Below are positions 30,364 to 41,461 of a stretch of DNA of 64,000 bases, piece after piece. Position 1 is the stretch's first letter, and each line of letters starts with the position of its first letter. The notes beneath the pieces are model-generated. The model searched no databases and was not told the DNA's origin. It was given only the letters and a program-made list of their open reading frames with translations. The position numbers and the translations under genes were made by a program. The stretch lies in contig CAWBGA010000002.1 of assembly GCA_963788195.1 (NCBI GenBank), positions 1 to 64,000 of the forward strand. The letters are read 5' to 3'. Source of the stretch: Nitrospirota bacterium (GTDB lineage: Bacteria; Nitrospirota; Nitrospiria; Nitrospirales; NS-4).

Positions 30364-30462
30364 GGGCTCGTCACCCTTGAGCCATGCGTTGTATCCTGAG
30401 CCAACGGCGAAGGATCTAGTTAAGCTAGATTCTTCGCTGTGTTCTGAATGACTGATCACAGG

Positions 30463-30496
30463 AGGGCGAGGTTCCATAGAGGGATCTCGCCCTTTT
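30463..30496 (+). terminator. Terminator after nxrB1
   Basis: AGGGCGAG..CTCGCCCT followed by TTT; preceded by a REP-like palindrome at about 30390-30452. Confidence 0.7.
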
Positions 30497-30585
30497 GTTA
30501 TGACCGCTGATATTCCTCAGGCCTGTTTATCAATGGGGAGGTATTTTACAACCTACCAGGTCATGGCACCCTAGGAAAGGCGCTT

Positions 30586-31125
30586 ATGAAATCAAGTCGA
30601 GGATTTGCGCAATTTCTCCTGCTATGTTTCGTACTCTTTGGAATCAGTGTCTCACACCTGCCGGCCTACGCTCTTCTGATTCAAAACGAACCCAGCGGGT
30701 TCCGGGGCAATGAGTGGGGAGCCTCTCCGAAGGAGTGCGCCTCTCTGACGTTCGTCAACGGCCAGGGGGTCACGGCGTCAGGGCAGCAGGTGGACATCTA
30801 CGATCGCTCCCTGGTGGGAATCTCTCTGAATGGGGCCACCCCCACCAGAATCCGATACCGGTTCCTCGACAACAAATTGGAAAGCGTGCAATTGAACTAC
30901 GAGGGACGGGCGAACCGTGACAGACTGCTACAGCTGATGGAAGACCGCTATGGACGTCTGACGCCGGGTGAGCGGAAATTAGTCGCCCGGGCTGAATGGG
31001 ACGGCTTTGAGACGACCGTCACCTTAAGCTTCAATCCCGACACGGGACTGGGATCGCTCTGGTTCACCTCTACAATGCTCAATCGGGAATTCACCGACTA
31101 CAGGTACTGGAGCGAATCGAAATGA
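30586..31125 (+). CDS. Secreted family-B protein 2
   Basis: Signal peptide; GFRGNEWG, RYRFLDNKLESVQLNYEGRANRDRLL, TLSFNP..GSLWFTS. Confidence 0.8.
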   Translation: MKSSRGFAQFLLLCFVLFGISVSHLPAYALLIQNEPSGFRGNEWGASPKECASLTFVNGQGVTASGQQVDIYDRSLVGISLNGATPTRIRYRFLDNKLESVQLNYEGRANRDRLLQLMEDRYGRLTPGERKLVARAEWDGFETTVTLSFNPDTGLGSLWFTSTMLNREFTDYRYWSESK

Positions 31126-31210
31126 CCCGCTGAGGATTTCCGCCGCGCGCTCTCGCTTTAATCGCACCGCATCCGTTCCATAGGTCCCTGTCCTTATCTA
31201 TACCTGCCGC

Positions 31211-32173
31211 TTGACTAACATCGGCCGCGCGGCTATTTCTTATCAAGGGATGACGGCCAAGCCTACGATGAATAACGTCATGCGGTACATATGTGAAGGC
31301 TTGATTCTGCTCGTTGTGCTGGCTGCCGGCGCCTGCTCGGTCCAAGCAGCGCAAGCCTTTAAGGACGAGGCCGGGCGAGTGATCTACACGATCGATGACG
31401 AGGGCACAGTCTCGATGTTTGAAAATAGTCCGACGGACCTCACCCTCTCCGTGACGCGAGGGACGCGCGAGCAAATGAGTCCGCAGATCACCGAGGTTTC
31501 TCCGAATGCGATTTCGGCCGGCGTCTCGACTGTCCTGAAGGTCAAGGGAAAGAATCTCATCGGGGCAAACGCGAAACTCAGCGTTCCAGAGATCGAATTG
31601 GGCGCGTATTCTGGAAAGCCCAACTCGCTCGATATCCCGGTCAGGGTATCGGCGAGCATTCCTCCAGGGGAGGTGATTCTTTACGTGACGACTCCGGTCG
31701 GAACGACTCAAACCAGCTTTAAGGTATTAGAGCTTCAAATTGACGCATCTACAAAACGAGATGTGGAACGCAAACCGAAGATCACTACGGCTGCGCCCTC
31801 TTCCTGTCCAGGGGATATGACAGGAGTGAGCGCTGAGCTGGGCGGGTTTTGCATTGATCTCGACCAATCTTTCACGGGAAACTTCGGTCAGGCTGAAAAA
31901 GCGTGCGCCATCGCCGGCAAGCGGCTCTGTCAAGCTCCAGAGTGGAAGCACGCCTGCGAGCAGGCCAAACAGGGAAGCGTTACGGTCAAGAATATGATCG
32001 GGGCGTGGGAATGGACCGGCTCATGGGATCCCTACCAGTATGACCCCGATTTGTACGCCATGGATTTAACGCCGGACATCAAAAACCTGGTGATGGGCAA
32101 GGAAGACTGTCAGAAAAAACTCAGCTCGCCTCGCTGGAAAGCCGAAAAGTTCGAAGGACGTTGTTGTAAGTAA
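31211..32173 (+). CDS. Secreted family-A protein 3 (start possibly 31250-31280)
   Basis: AFKDEAGRVIY..SMFENSP..GKNLIGA..GGFCID..KRLC..WEWT..GRCCK. Confidence 0.8.
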   Translation: MTNIGRAAISYQGMTAKPTMNNVMRYICEGLILLVVLAAGACSVQAAQAFKDEAGRVIYTIDDEGTVSMFENSPTDLTLSVTRGTREQMSPQITEVSPNAISAGVSTVLKVKGKNLIGANAKLSVPEIELGAYSGKPNSLDIPVRVSASIPPGEVILYVTTPVGTTQTSFKVLELQIDASTKRDVERKPKITTAAPSSCPGDMTGVSAELGGFCIDLDQSFTGNFGQAEKACAIAGKRLCQAPEWKHACEQAKQGSVTVKNMIGAWEWTGSWDPYQYDPDLYAMDLTPDIKNLVMGKEDCQKKLSSPRWKAEKFEGRCCK

Positions 32174-32188
32174 TCCCTGGGACTCCTG

Positions 32189-32732
32189 GTGGACGCTCTC
32201 ATGCCTATCCTCAGACGAAATCTCTCACGTGGAATCCTTCTCGCTTCTCTTCTGGCGATAGGTTTTGCGGCAGACGCGGCAAGAATTAAGGAGGATCCGG
32301 GCGGCTTTAACGGACATCGGTGGGGGGCGCCTTTAGCTGACGTACCCTGCGTTCAAGCAGCTTCAGGACCTGGGCTCCACCGACTTTGTCGCGAAAGCCG
32401 GTGTCTACGAGAGTCCAGGGGAAGTCCTAACCTTGAACGATGTACCGATAAAAACGGTTCGCTATCGATTTGTCAATGAGCAGATGGAAAGCATTCACTT
32501 ACGCTACGAAGGCCGAGACAACCGCGAGCGATTGATGGCCTGGCTTGAGGAGCGCTTCGGCAGGCTGAGCATATCAGAGAGGAAAATGCTCAACTCTGTT
32601 CAGTGGTTCGGCGATAAGACCACCGTAACGCTGACTTACAACCCCCGGACGCAAGAAGGTGCCGTGTGGTTCACGTCGCAGGTGCTCAATCACCTTTTTA
32701 ATGATATCCACCAAGGGTCTCAAGGGGACTGA
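32189..32732 (+). CDS. Secreted family-B protein 3 (+1 frameshift near 32342)
   Basis: EDPGGFNGHRWG joined to RYRFVNEQMESIHLRYEGRDNRERLM..TLTYNP..WFTS. Confidence 0.75.
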
Positions 32733-32737
32733 TTTTG

Positions 32738-33671
32738 TTATTTGCAACAACGGCCCGGTCGGTTACCGCCGACCCATGGATCCCGGCGGTCCTTCGTTAG
32801 CGCAGTCTTTTTTTCCCCTGACCACTGCCAGCCAATCCTCATTTTCTGTCACAAGGCCGCCGCTAGCTAATTCCCCAGCCGCTGCATATTCTGAAGAGCG
32901 TGTCCATTCCCACTCCCCCAGTAAGGCCTGAAGGCCGAGGGAATGCCGCTGGTCCTGTTTACAGGCTTGCTCCCACTCTTCAGACCAACAGAGGCGTTTG
33001 AAGTTATTCGCGCAAAATTTCTCCACAACGACCCAGTCCCCGACTTGCGTCTCTTGAATGTCCACACAGAATCCGCCGCTAGCGCCGGCAATCGGGATCA
33101 TTTCTGCCGGACAGGATTCCGGCTTTCCTGCCGGCAGCTCCCTGTGCTCGGGCTCTTTTTTCTGTGTAGCTGCTGCCAGATCCACCGTCGGTTCCGTGAC
33201 GGTGAGCGTGGCGGTAGTCTTCCCGATCGGCGTAGCCAGCTCAACGACCACAGGTCCGAGAGGCACGCCGATTTCAACATCGACAGGGACGCCTACTGAT
33301 TTGGCACGGGGAGCGGTGCCCCCAAAGCGCAGGCCGGGCGTTCCGGCGGAAAGCTTGGCGCCGATCAAGTTGGAGCCTTTAAACACAACCACGGTAGTTT
33401 TTCCCGTTTCAATGGAGGGCGGAACGACCTCCGTGACCCGTGGCTTCATAGTTTCCTGGTCTCCTCGAGTCACCGACACGGTATTATCAAGAGCGTCCGT
33501 TTCGAACATCGCGACCGTCCCCTCAGCATCGATGGAATAAAGGAGCCGGCCGACGTCGTCGTAATAGTCCTTGGGCTCCAGGGCAGCGGAAGCGCTCGAC
33601 AGCCATACCAGTCCGAGAAGAATTCCCAGGTACAGGGGTTTAAAGGAGGAGTTCGAATGAGCGCGGGGCAT
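32738..33671 (-). CDS. Secreted family-A protein 4, divergent (+1 frameshift near 32798)
   Basis: Same motifs; the shifted frame gives ..KDRRDPWVGGNRPGRCCK* ending at 32738. Confidence 0.8.
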
Positions 33672-33865
33672 AAGCGCCTCCTAGCCCGGCGTTGAATCCA
33701 TTTTACCAACTCGCGTCTGACCTTACCAGTATCCCAGCCATGGCAGCAGGATCCCGGCCTGACTAGGCTAAAGAGCAACAGGGCAACTAATGGGCTTGCA
33801 GGCCCAGTGGAAATTTTATCATAAAAAATTTAACATAAAGATCGTAACCCATTTGCGGGGCAGCT

Positions 33866-35971
33866 ATGACCAAACTGGGTCAGTGGTGGAGCAAGCTCAG
33901 GGTCCATCAAAAAGACTGGTGGGTCATTCTCCTGCTCTCCGTCCCTCTGCTCATGGCTCTTTCAGGCCATGTCGTTATGATCAGCCAATTACTCACTCTG
34001 CAGGAGCAGCATAAAGAGCTGCTTCTGGCCCGCGATCACATTCGACTGCTGAGCCGACTCGGTGTTGATATCGAAGACGGGTTTCGGGGCTATTTGGTGA
34101 CCCAACAGGAGATCTTTTTGGCGCCGATGGAAGAGGCGGCATCCAAACTCGACTCCGTAGTAGCCGATACCTTGGGATTTGTGCGGGGGTTCCCCACCGT
34201 CTTCAAGGAAATTCAGGAGGCGAGTGAGGACCTGCGGACCTTGTTAACGAGCAAGCGAGCCCTGATCGAACAGATCCGGCGTGGGCATGTAGTAGAGGTC
34301 ATCGCTTTTGTCAGGTCGACCAAAGGCCTTGCTCAGTCGAATGCGATCCGGCAGAAAGTTCGAAGCATAGAAGACGACCTCACGCGACGGTTGCAATCGT
34401 TCAAGGCCGAGGAAGAGAAGCACACGCAATCTATCTATCGGGGCCTGCTCCTGACAGCAGTGTTGGCGATCGCGCTTGGCGTCTTAGGTGTCAGGCTCTT
34501 GAGGCGGTCTATCTCCGGCCCGTTGGCGCTTCTTGATTCCTGGATCGCCAGGCTGGGTGAGGACGTCGAGGTCAGCATGAAGCCGATTCCCATCGACACC
34601 ACTGATGAGATTGGCCATATTGCCAGGTCCTTTGAGAGGAGCGCAGACCGGATCCGGCGCCATATACGGGAACTCGAGGCGATCAATGCCATCAGCAAGG
34701 AGATCAATACGATACGACCGGAGGGTCAAGGTGAATTGGTCGAGTTAATCACGGAGCGAGCCGTGAGCATGCTGCAATGCGACAGCTGCCTCGTGATGCT
34801 GCGTCATCACGAGATGAGTTGCTGGGTTGTGGAGGCAGCATCAGGAGATTGGCATCAGACCCTGAGGAAATCGGTTATGCTCTGGGAGGAATTCCCAATT
34901 GCGGTCGAGGCATACGAGACTCGTCGACCTGCTGCAGGCAGCACGGATCTATCTATCGACCCGAGGCCGGACAGCCCTCGTCGAAACATCATGGCGCAGA
35001 GCGAATTGGCGATTCCGCTTTTGAGCAACGGTCAACCGTTCGGAGTGCTGCTTCTATTGATGAAATCCCGTGTAGGGCCTGAGGAATGGAACACGAGGCT
35101 CGCGCACGGCTTTGCGGAAGTCGCGGCCATTGCAATCGGGAATACGCGCACCTATGAATCTGTGAAGCGCAAAGGGGAAGGGCTGGAAATGCGTCTGCAG
35201 CAATTGGAGCACACCGCGCAGATTCTGGCGCATGACCTGAAGGCGCCCGGGGAACGCATGGAAGTCCTGGCGAAGATGCTGTTGGAGGAATACCACGGCG
35301 AGCTTGACGAGCGGGCAACCCGTTGGTTGACTATGATCAGAAAAAATGGGCAGGTGCTCACCAAACATGTTGAGGATATTCTAGAGTTAGCGTCCGTCGG
35401 ATCGGTCAGAGAAGCGATTGAATCGGTCGACCCTGCCTTGGTCATAGACGACGTATTGACAGCGCGGAGCGAAGAATTGAAGGCTAATAATGTCAGGGTG
35501 CAAATGGCTGTTAGCTTCTTCAAAGTATCTTGCCACCGTGCCTATCTACGCCAGGTCTTCGACAATCTCATCTCGAACGCCATCAAGTTTTCAGCGGGGC
35601 AATCTCAGCCGCGCATCCGAATCACTGCGAAACGGCAGGGTGACATGATTCAATTCTCAGTCAGTGACAACGGCCGTGGAGTTCCTATGGAGGATCGGGC
35701 GCGCGTGTTCGAACCTTTCGTTCGCCTGGACTCCTCCACTGAGGGCAGTGGAATCGGTTTGAGTATCGTCAAGCGAATAGTCGAATTCTACCAAGGTCGG
35801 ATCTGGATTGAAGATTCCAGTAGTCAGGGTTGTACGGTAACCTTCGCCATACCTATGCTGGAAGATAGGCGGGAGACGGTAACCTCTGGCATGTCTACAC
35901 TGGAGGATCGGCGGAAGAAGAATAGTTCCGGCGATACCGGAACAGCCACCGAGGGTGCGCTTCCATCTTGA
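33866..35971 (+). CDS. Sensor histidine kinase 2 (CHASE3-HAMP-GAF-HisKA-HATPase), paralog of 20366..22435
   Basis: EDGFRGYLVT, DEIGHIA, AHDLKAP, NLISNAIKF, GSGIGL. Confidence 0.92.
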   Translation: MTKLGQWWSKLRVHQKDWWVILLLSVPLLMALSGHVVMISQLLTLQEQHKELLLARDHIRLLSRLGVDIEDGFRGYLVTQQEIFLAPMEEAASKLDSVVADTLGFVRGFPTVFKEIQEASEDLRTLLTSKRALIEQIRRGHVVEVIAFVRSTKGLAQSNAIRQKVRSIEDDLTRRLQSFKAEEEKHTQSIYRGLLLTAVLAIALGVLGVRLLRRSISGPLALLDSWIARLGEDVEVSMKPIPIDTTDEIGHIARSFERSADRIRRHIRELEAINAISKEINTIRPEGQGELVELITERAVSMLQCDSCLVMLRHHEMSCWVVEAASGDWHQTLRKSVMLWEEFPIAVEAYETRRPAAGSTDLSIDPRPDSPRRNIMAQSELAIPLLSNGQPFGVLLLLMKSRVGPEEWNTRLAHGFAEVAAIAIGNTRTYESVKRKGEGLEMRLQQLEHTAQILAHDLKAPGERMEVLAKMLLEEYHGELDERATRWLTMIRKNGQVLTKHVEDILELASVGSVREAIESVDPALVIDDVLTARSEELKANNVRVQMAVSFFKVSCHRAYLRQVFDNLISNAIKFSAGQSQPRIRITAKRQGDMIQFSVSDNGRGVPMEDRARVFEPFVRLDSSTEGSGIGLSIVKRIVEFYQGRIWIEDSSSQGCTVTFAIPMLEDRRETVTSGMSTLEDRRKKNSSGDTGTATEGALPS

Positions 35972-35984
35972 GGCGACCAGCATA

Positions 35985-37445
35985 ATGTCTCAGGTAATTC
36001 TAGATTCCCTGCCGGCACAGCGTGCGAAAGATTCTCCGTTTACCATTCTCGTGGTGGACGACGATGCTGCTGATATGGAGGTCATGCTGCACGCGATCGA
36101 AAAAGCCGATCTCAAGACGGTCACCGGCGAAATCGATCTTCAGGTAAAAGCTACCGCCGAAGGCGCGTTACGTTTGTTGGCTGAGCAACCAGTGGATCTG
36201 GTCCTCACGGATGTGGTCATGCCCGGTATGGACGGGCTTGACCTCCTGAACCGCATTCAGAAGATTGACCCCGATCTTCCGGTGTTGGTTGTCACCCGGT
36301 TGAAGGGCATCCAGACCGCAGTGGAGGCCATGAAACGGGGAGCGTACGACTACATTCTGAAGCCGGTCACGGCCGAAGATTTCGGGATGCGGCTCCATCG
36401 CGCGATCCGCATTTCGGAAATCCTTCGCTTTAACTCAGCATTCAAGCGCGCCGCGCGGCAGCAAGCTAAAGAAGAAACTTTAGTGGGCGAAAGCCCCGCT
36501 TTCCGGGAGGTGCTTCGACTGGTGCGAGAAGCTTCACAAATCCGGTCTACGGTGCTCATCACCGGAGAGACTGGAACGGGGAAGGGTCTGATCGCGCGGG
36601 CGATTCACGAGGAGAGCCGAGCAAGCGACCAACCCTACCAGGTCATTGATTGTACCTCGATGCCGGAAGGGATGGTCGAAAGCGAATTGTTCGGGCATGT
36701 GCGCGGCGCCTTCACCGGCGCCATCGCGGATAAGCCGGGACTGATTGAGCTTGGCAATGGCGGAACGGTATTCCTCGACGAGATCGGAGAGCTGTCGCTT
36801 CAATTGCAGACCAAGCTGTTGCGTGTACTGGAGGAAAACGAAGTGCGCCGAGTCGGCGGAACGCGGGCAAAACGGGTTGAGATGCGTTTCATCGCAGCCA
36901 CCAACCAATCACTGCAAGAGAAGATAAAGGCCGGGACATTCCGGAAAGACCTTTATTATCGGCTTGCGGTGGTAGAGATCAATATGCCACCGCTCCGTGA
37001 GCGGCCTGAGGACATCGGACCGATTGCGAGGCAATTCTGTAATCGATTCGGAAGAGAAATGGGAAAACCGTCCTGCCACCTGGACTCCGCGGCGCTGGCA
37101 GAACTCGTTCCCTACCAGTGGCCCGGCAACGTGCGGGAGCTACGAAACGTGATCGAACGGGCAATGATGCTCGCCCCCGGCGGAGTCATTACGCAGGCAG
37201 ACGTGAAAGCATTGCTTCTAAAAAAAGAGGAGGCAACCGATGCCGCTGCCTACGCGGAGTTGCCTTATTTTGAGGCCAAGCAAAAGGCGCTGGCCGATTT
37301 CACCCTGGCGTATCTACGGTCCAAACTCGCCATGCATGGCGGCCGCGTCTCGAAAGCGGCGGATGCCAGCGGCATACCTCGCCAGCATTTCTACCTTCTC
37401 ATGAAGCGGTATCTGGATAAGATCGGCAAAGAGTCAATCTCCTAG
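35985..37445 (+). CDS. Sigma-54-dependent response regulator 2 (NtrC family)
   Basis: [34 protein letters not shown]; the [11 protein letters not shown] is shared with regulator 1. Confidence 0.95.
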   Translation: MSQVILDSLPAQRAKDSPFTILVVDDDAADMEVMLHAIEKADLKTVTGEIDLQVKATAEGALRLLAEQPVDLVLTDVVMPGMDGLDLLNRIQKIDPDLPVLVVTRLKGIQTAVEAMKRGAYDYILKPVTAEDFGMRLHRAIRISEILRFNSAFKRAARQQAKEETLVGESPAFREVLRLVREASQIRSTVLITGETGTGKGLIARAIHEESRASDQPYQVIDCTSMPEGMVESELFGHVRGAFTGAIADKPGLIELGNGGTVFLDEIGELSLQLQTKLLRVLEENEVRRVGGTRAKRVEMRFIAATNQSLQEKIKAGTFRKDLYYRLAVVEINMPPLRERPEDIGPIARQFCNRFGREMGKPSCHLDSAALAELVPYQWPGNVRELRNVIERAMMLAPGGVITQADVKALLLKKEEATDAAAYAELPYFEAKQKALADFTLAYLRSKLAMHGGRVSKAADASGIPRQHFYLLMKRYLDKIGKESIS

Positions 37446-37621
37446 TTGCCTTCCTCGAGGGCCGCGTGACGAATCGGTGACACCGGTTCGCTGCACCCCC
37501 CGTCGTTATTCCGAGTCGACCTTCCCGTATCCCTCAAAAGTTACATTCTAGCTCTAGAAAGACGGAAGTTCGTTCACCCAGAGAAGGATTTCTACGTAAA
37601 AATACCCCCATACGATGATGA

Positions 37622-37638
37622 GTCATAGAATCTATGAC
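37622..37638. promoter_or_regulatory. Perfect palindrome, candidate upstream activator site
   Basis: GTCATAGA-A-TCTATGAC, about 180 bp upstream of the sigma-54 promoter. Confidence 0.5.
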
Positions 37639-37818
37639 AGCGTTAACGTAAAGTAATCAATAAGGATTCAAGCAGCGTCTGACCGTCTCTGTCATATCCG
37701 CGTATGGAATTGCGTTAGTTCAGGTGCTCGCCAGCCGCCAAGATACTGTATGATATTTTTACATATTTTCAATCTGTTATGAGAGCCGCCCGCCTTTTTA
37801 TCCTGGGTCTCTGACTGC

Positions 37819-37834
37819 TGGCAGTCTCCTTGCT
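37819..37834 (+). promoter_or_regulatory. Sigma-54 (-24/-12) promoter of nxrA2
   Basis: TGGCAGTCTCCTTGCT (GG-N10-GC); IHF-like TTTCAATCTGTTA at 37767-37779. Confidence 0.75.
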
Positions 37835-37966
37835 TTAGTCCCGTCCTAACGGCGGAAGCCGTGTGTCTAGCGAAATGCTACATGCCTGTTAATGGAGGGA
37901 GGTGAGACAGCGCTGATTGGTCAGTGAGACCACGAAAGTTTCTATCAACGCCAGGAGGACAAGACG

Positions 37967-40900
37967 ATGTTTTTGACGAGACGACAATTCTTAAAGACAA
38001 GCGCGGGAACAATCGCCGCGGTAGTGATTGCGGATCAGGCGCTGGCTTTAACGGCGCTCCAGCCCGTGATCGAGGTGGGCAATCCTCTGGGTGAGTATCC
38101 GGACCGGTCTTGGGAGCGTGTGTATCACGACCAGTATCGGTATGACACGTCGTTTTCCTACATCTGCTCGCCGAACGATACACATGGATGCCGCGTGCGC
38201 GCCTTCGTCCGAAACGGCGTGGTCATGCGGGTCGAGCAGAACTATGACCACCAGAGCTACGAGGACCTGTACGGAAACCGAGGCACCTTCGCATGGAACC
38301 CCCGTATGTGCTTGAAGGGCTATACCTTCCACCGTCGCGTGTACGGCCCTTATCGTTTGAAGGGACCCATGCTCCGGAAGGCCTGGAAGCAGTGGGTGGA
38401 TGACGGATGTCCTGAGCTCACGCCGGAGACCAAAATCAAGTACAAGTTCTTGAACCGCGGTGAAGACGACATGATCAGAGTTTCCTGGGATACGGCGGGG
38501 ATGTACCTGGCCAAGGGGCAAATGAAAATTGCCGAGCGGTACTCCGGTGAAGCCGGCGCGCGGCGCCTTCGCGAACAGGGCTACCCACCGGAAATGATCG
38601 AGGCGATGAAAGGCGGCGGGACGAAGACGTTCAAGTATCGTCCAGGGATGGCCGTGCTTGGATATATGGGCAAGATCGGCCATGGTCGGAATTGTAACTC
38701 CACCCTGGCCCTGCTGGACGCCTACATACGTAAGGTCGGTCCCGACAAGGCCACCGGCGGTCGGAATCTATCGAACTACACCTGGCATGGCGATCAGAAC
38801 CCGGCACATCCCTTCTGGTGCGGCGTGCAGACCTCGGACGACGACCACAGCGACATGCGTTTCAGGAAACTGCACACCAGCTGGGGCAAGAACTTCATCG
38901 AGCATAAAATGCCGGAAGCCCACTGGATGATTGAATGCATGGAGCGGGGCGGGCGTATCGTGAGCATCGCGCCGGAATACAACCCACCGGCGACCAAGTC
39001 GGACTACTGGGTCCCGATCCGTTGCGGGGGAGACGGCGCGTTCTTCCTCGGCGCGATCAAGATCCTCATGGATGAGAACCTCTATGATGGCGACTTCTGC
39101 AAGCAGTTCACCGACATGCCGATTCTGGTTCGGACCGACACGCTGACTTACCTCGATCCGCGTGAGGTCGTCAAGGACTATATGATGGCGGATCTCACTA
39201 AGAGCCTATTCCTTCAAGGTGCAGGGCTTGAAGCCCGACCAACGGGAACGCCTGGGCGACTTCATGGTCTGGGATGCGGCCAAAAACCAGGCTGTTCCAA
39301 TGCATCGGGAAATGGTCGGGGCGCACATGACGAAGGCAGGTATCGATCCGTCGCTCGAGGGAGTGTACCGGGTCAAGCTACTGGACGGCAAGGACGTGGA
39401 CGTCATGCCGGTCTTTCAGTTGTACAAGATCCATGTGCAGGACTTCGACCTGGACACCACCTTCCAGATCACCAATACGCCGAAAGATCTGATCGTGCGT
39501 TGGGCGCGGGATGCGGGAACAATCCATCCGCATGCGATCCACAACGGCGAGGGTGTGAACCATTACTTCCACATGACGGCGAACGGGCGGGGCGCCGCCA
39601 TGGTCACGATCATTTGCGGCGACCAAGGCAAGTTCGGCGCGGGGCAACACACGTGGGCGGGCAATTATAAGGCCGGCATCCCGCAGGGGACACCGTGGTC
39701 CGGCCCGGGCCTCGGCGTGTGGGGCGTGGAAGATCCCTGGAACATGAACCTGGATCCGAATGCCCACGGCAAGGAGATCAAGACGAAGTCCTATCGGTAC
39801 GGCGAGGAAGTGTCCTACTGGAACCATGGCGAGCGGCCATTGGTCGTGAACACGCCGAAGTACGGCCGCAAGATGTTTACGGGCAAAACCCACATGCCGT
39901 CGCCGACGAAGGTTCTGTGGACCGTGAACAATAACCACCTGAACAACGCCAAGTACCACTACGACATGGTCAAGAACGTTGACCCAAGCATCGAGTGCAT
40001 CGTGGTTCAGGATATCGAGATGACATCGGGCGTGAACTATTCGGATATCACCTTTGCCGTCAACACATGGATGGAATTCACCTATCCGGAGTGTACCGCC
40101 TCGGTGTCGAACCCGTGGTGGCAGGTGTGGAAGGGCGGCATCAGGCCGTTGTACGACACCCGAAACGACCTCGATTGCTACACCATCGTGTGCAACCACT
40201 TCCAAGAGATGACCGGGTGATAAGAAGTTCACGGATCAGTGGAAGTTTGTCTATGAGAACAAGGTCGATGTCTATCTGCAGCGACTGATGGATGCCTCCG
40301 TCACGCTGTACGGCTACAACGCCAAGACACTGCTTGCAGTCTGAAAAAGGGTGGTTCGTTCTGGTGCGGACATATCCCAGAATACCGTTCTGGAGCGAAG
40401 TGAATGAGTCAAAACCGATGTGGACACGCACCGGGCGGTTTGAGAACTACCGGGTCGAGCCCGAGTGCATCGAGTACGGCGAAAACTTTATCGTGCACCG
40501 GGAGGACCCGGAAGCTACGCCGTATCTGCCGAACGTGATCATCAGCAGCAACCCGCATGTGCGGCCGGATGACTACGGCATTCCGATCACGGCGATGCAC
40601 CATGACGACCGTCATGTGCGCAACACCAAGCTGCCGTGGCAGGAGGCTCGTAAGCACGTGAACCCGTTGTGGGAGAAGGGGTATCAGTTCTACTGCGTGA
40701 CCCCGAAGACCCGGCACCGGGTGCACAGCCAATGGTCGGTCAATGACTGGATCCAGATGTTCGAATCCAACTTCGGCGATCCTTACCGGATGGACAAGCG
40801 GACGCCGGGGGTCGGCGAGCATCAGATGCATTTAAATCCCACGGCGGCGAAAGACCGGGGCATCAACGACGGCGACTACATCTATGTGGACGCCAACCCG

Positions 40901-41407
40901 GCCGACCGGCCGTATCGTGGATGGAAGCCGAGCGATCCGTTCTACAAGGTCAGCCGGCTGATGATCCGAGCCAAGTACAATCCTGCCTTCCCATACGCCG
41001 TGACGATGATGAAGCACGCGCCTTTTGTGGCGACCGCCAAGTCGGTGAAGGGCCATGAGACCCGGCCGGACGGGCGGGCGATCGCGGCGGACACGGGCTA
41101 TCAGAGCAACTTCCGCTATGGATCGCAACAGTCGATCACGCGGTCGTGGCTGATGCCCATGCATCAGACAGACAGCTTGCCCGGCAAGAATATGCTGGCG
41201 CATAACTTTAAGTTCGGGTATCAACCGGACAATCACGGCGTCAACACCGTCCCCAAGAGCACCTTAATCCGCCTTGCGAAGGCGGAGGACGGCGGCATCG
41301 GGGCGCGGGGGCCGTGGGAGCCGGTGCGGACCGGCTTCACGCCGGCGCAGGAGAACGAATGGATGCTCAAGTGGCTCAAGGGCGAGAGCATTAAGATCAA
41401 GGTCTAA
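37967..41407 (+). CDS. nxrA: Nitrite oxidoreductase alpha subunit, copy 2 (three +1 frameshifts near 39206, 40216 and 40333; probably sequencing errors)
   Basis: Tat signal, CSPNDTHGC, TWHGDQ; collinear with copy 1 over its full length once three single bases are removed. Confidence 0.93.
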
Positions 41408-41461
41408 GCGGAACAGGGACAGGCGGCGAACACCGCCTGTCCCTCTTGAACGGAGGAACCC

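Noticed and set aside
29098..30477. Long antisense ORFs over nxrB1, nxrB2 (41486..42784) and nxrA
   Set aside because: Shadow frames caused by strong GC3 codon bias; no recognisable motifs
30364..33800. nxrC or a TorD-type chaperone after nxrB
   Set aside because: No heme-binding DMSO-reductase gamma-type or TorD-like sequence recognised; families A and B lack CxxCH
37967..41407. nxrA2 as a true pseudogene or programmed frameshift
   Set aside because: No nonsense codons seen, promoter and motifs intact, and similar +1 indels occur window-wide; error is more likely, pending reads
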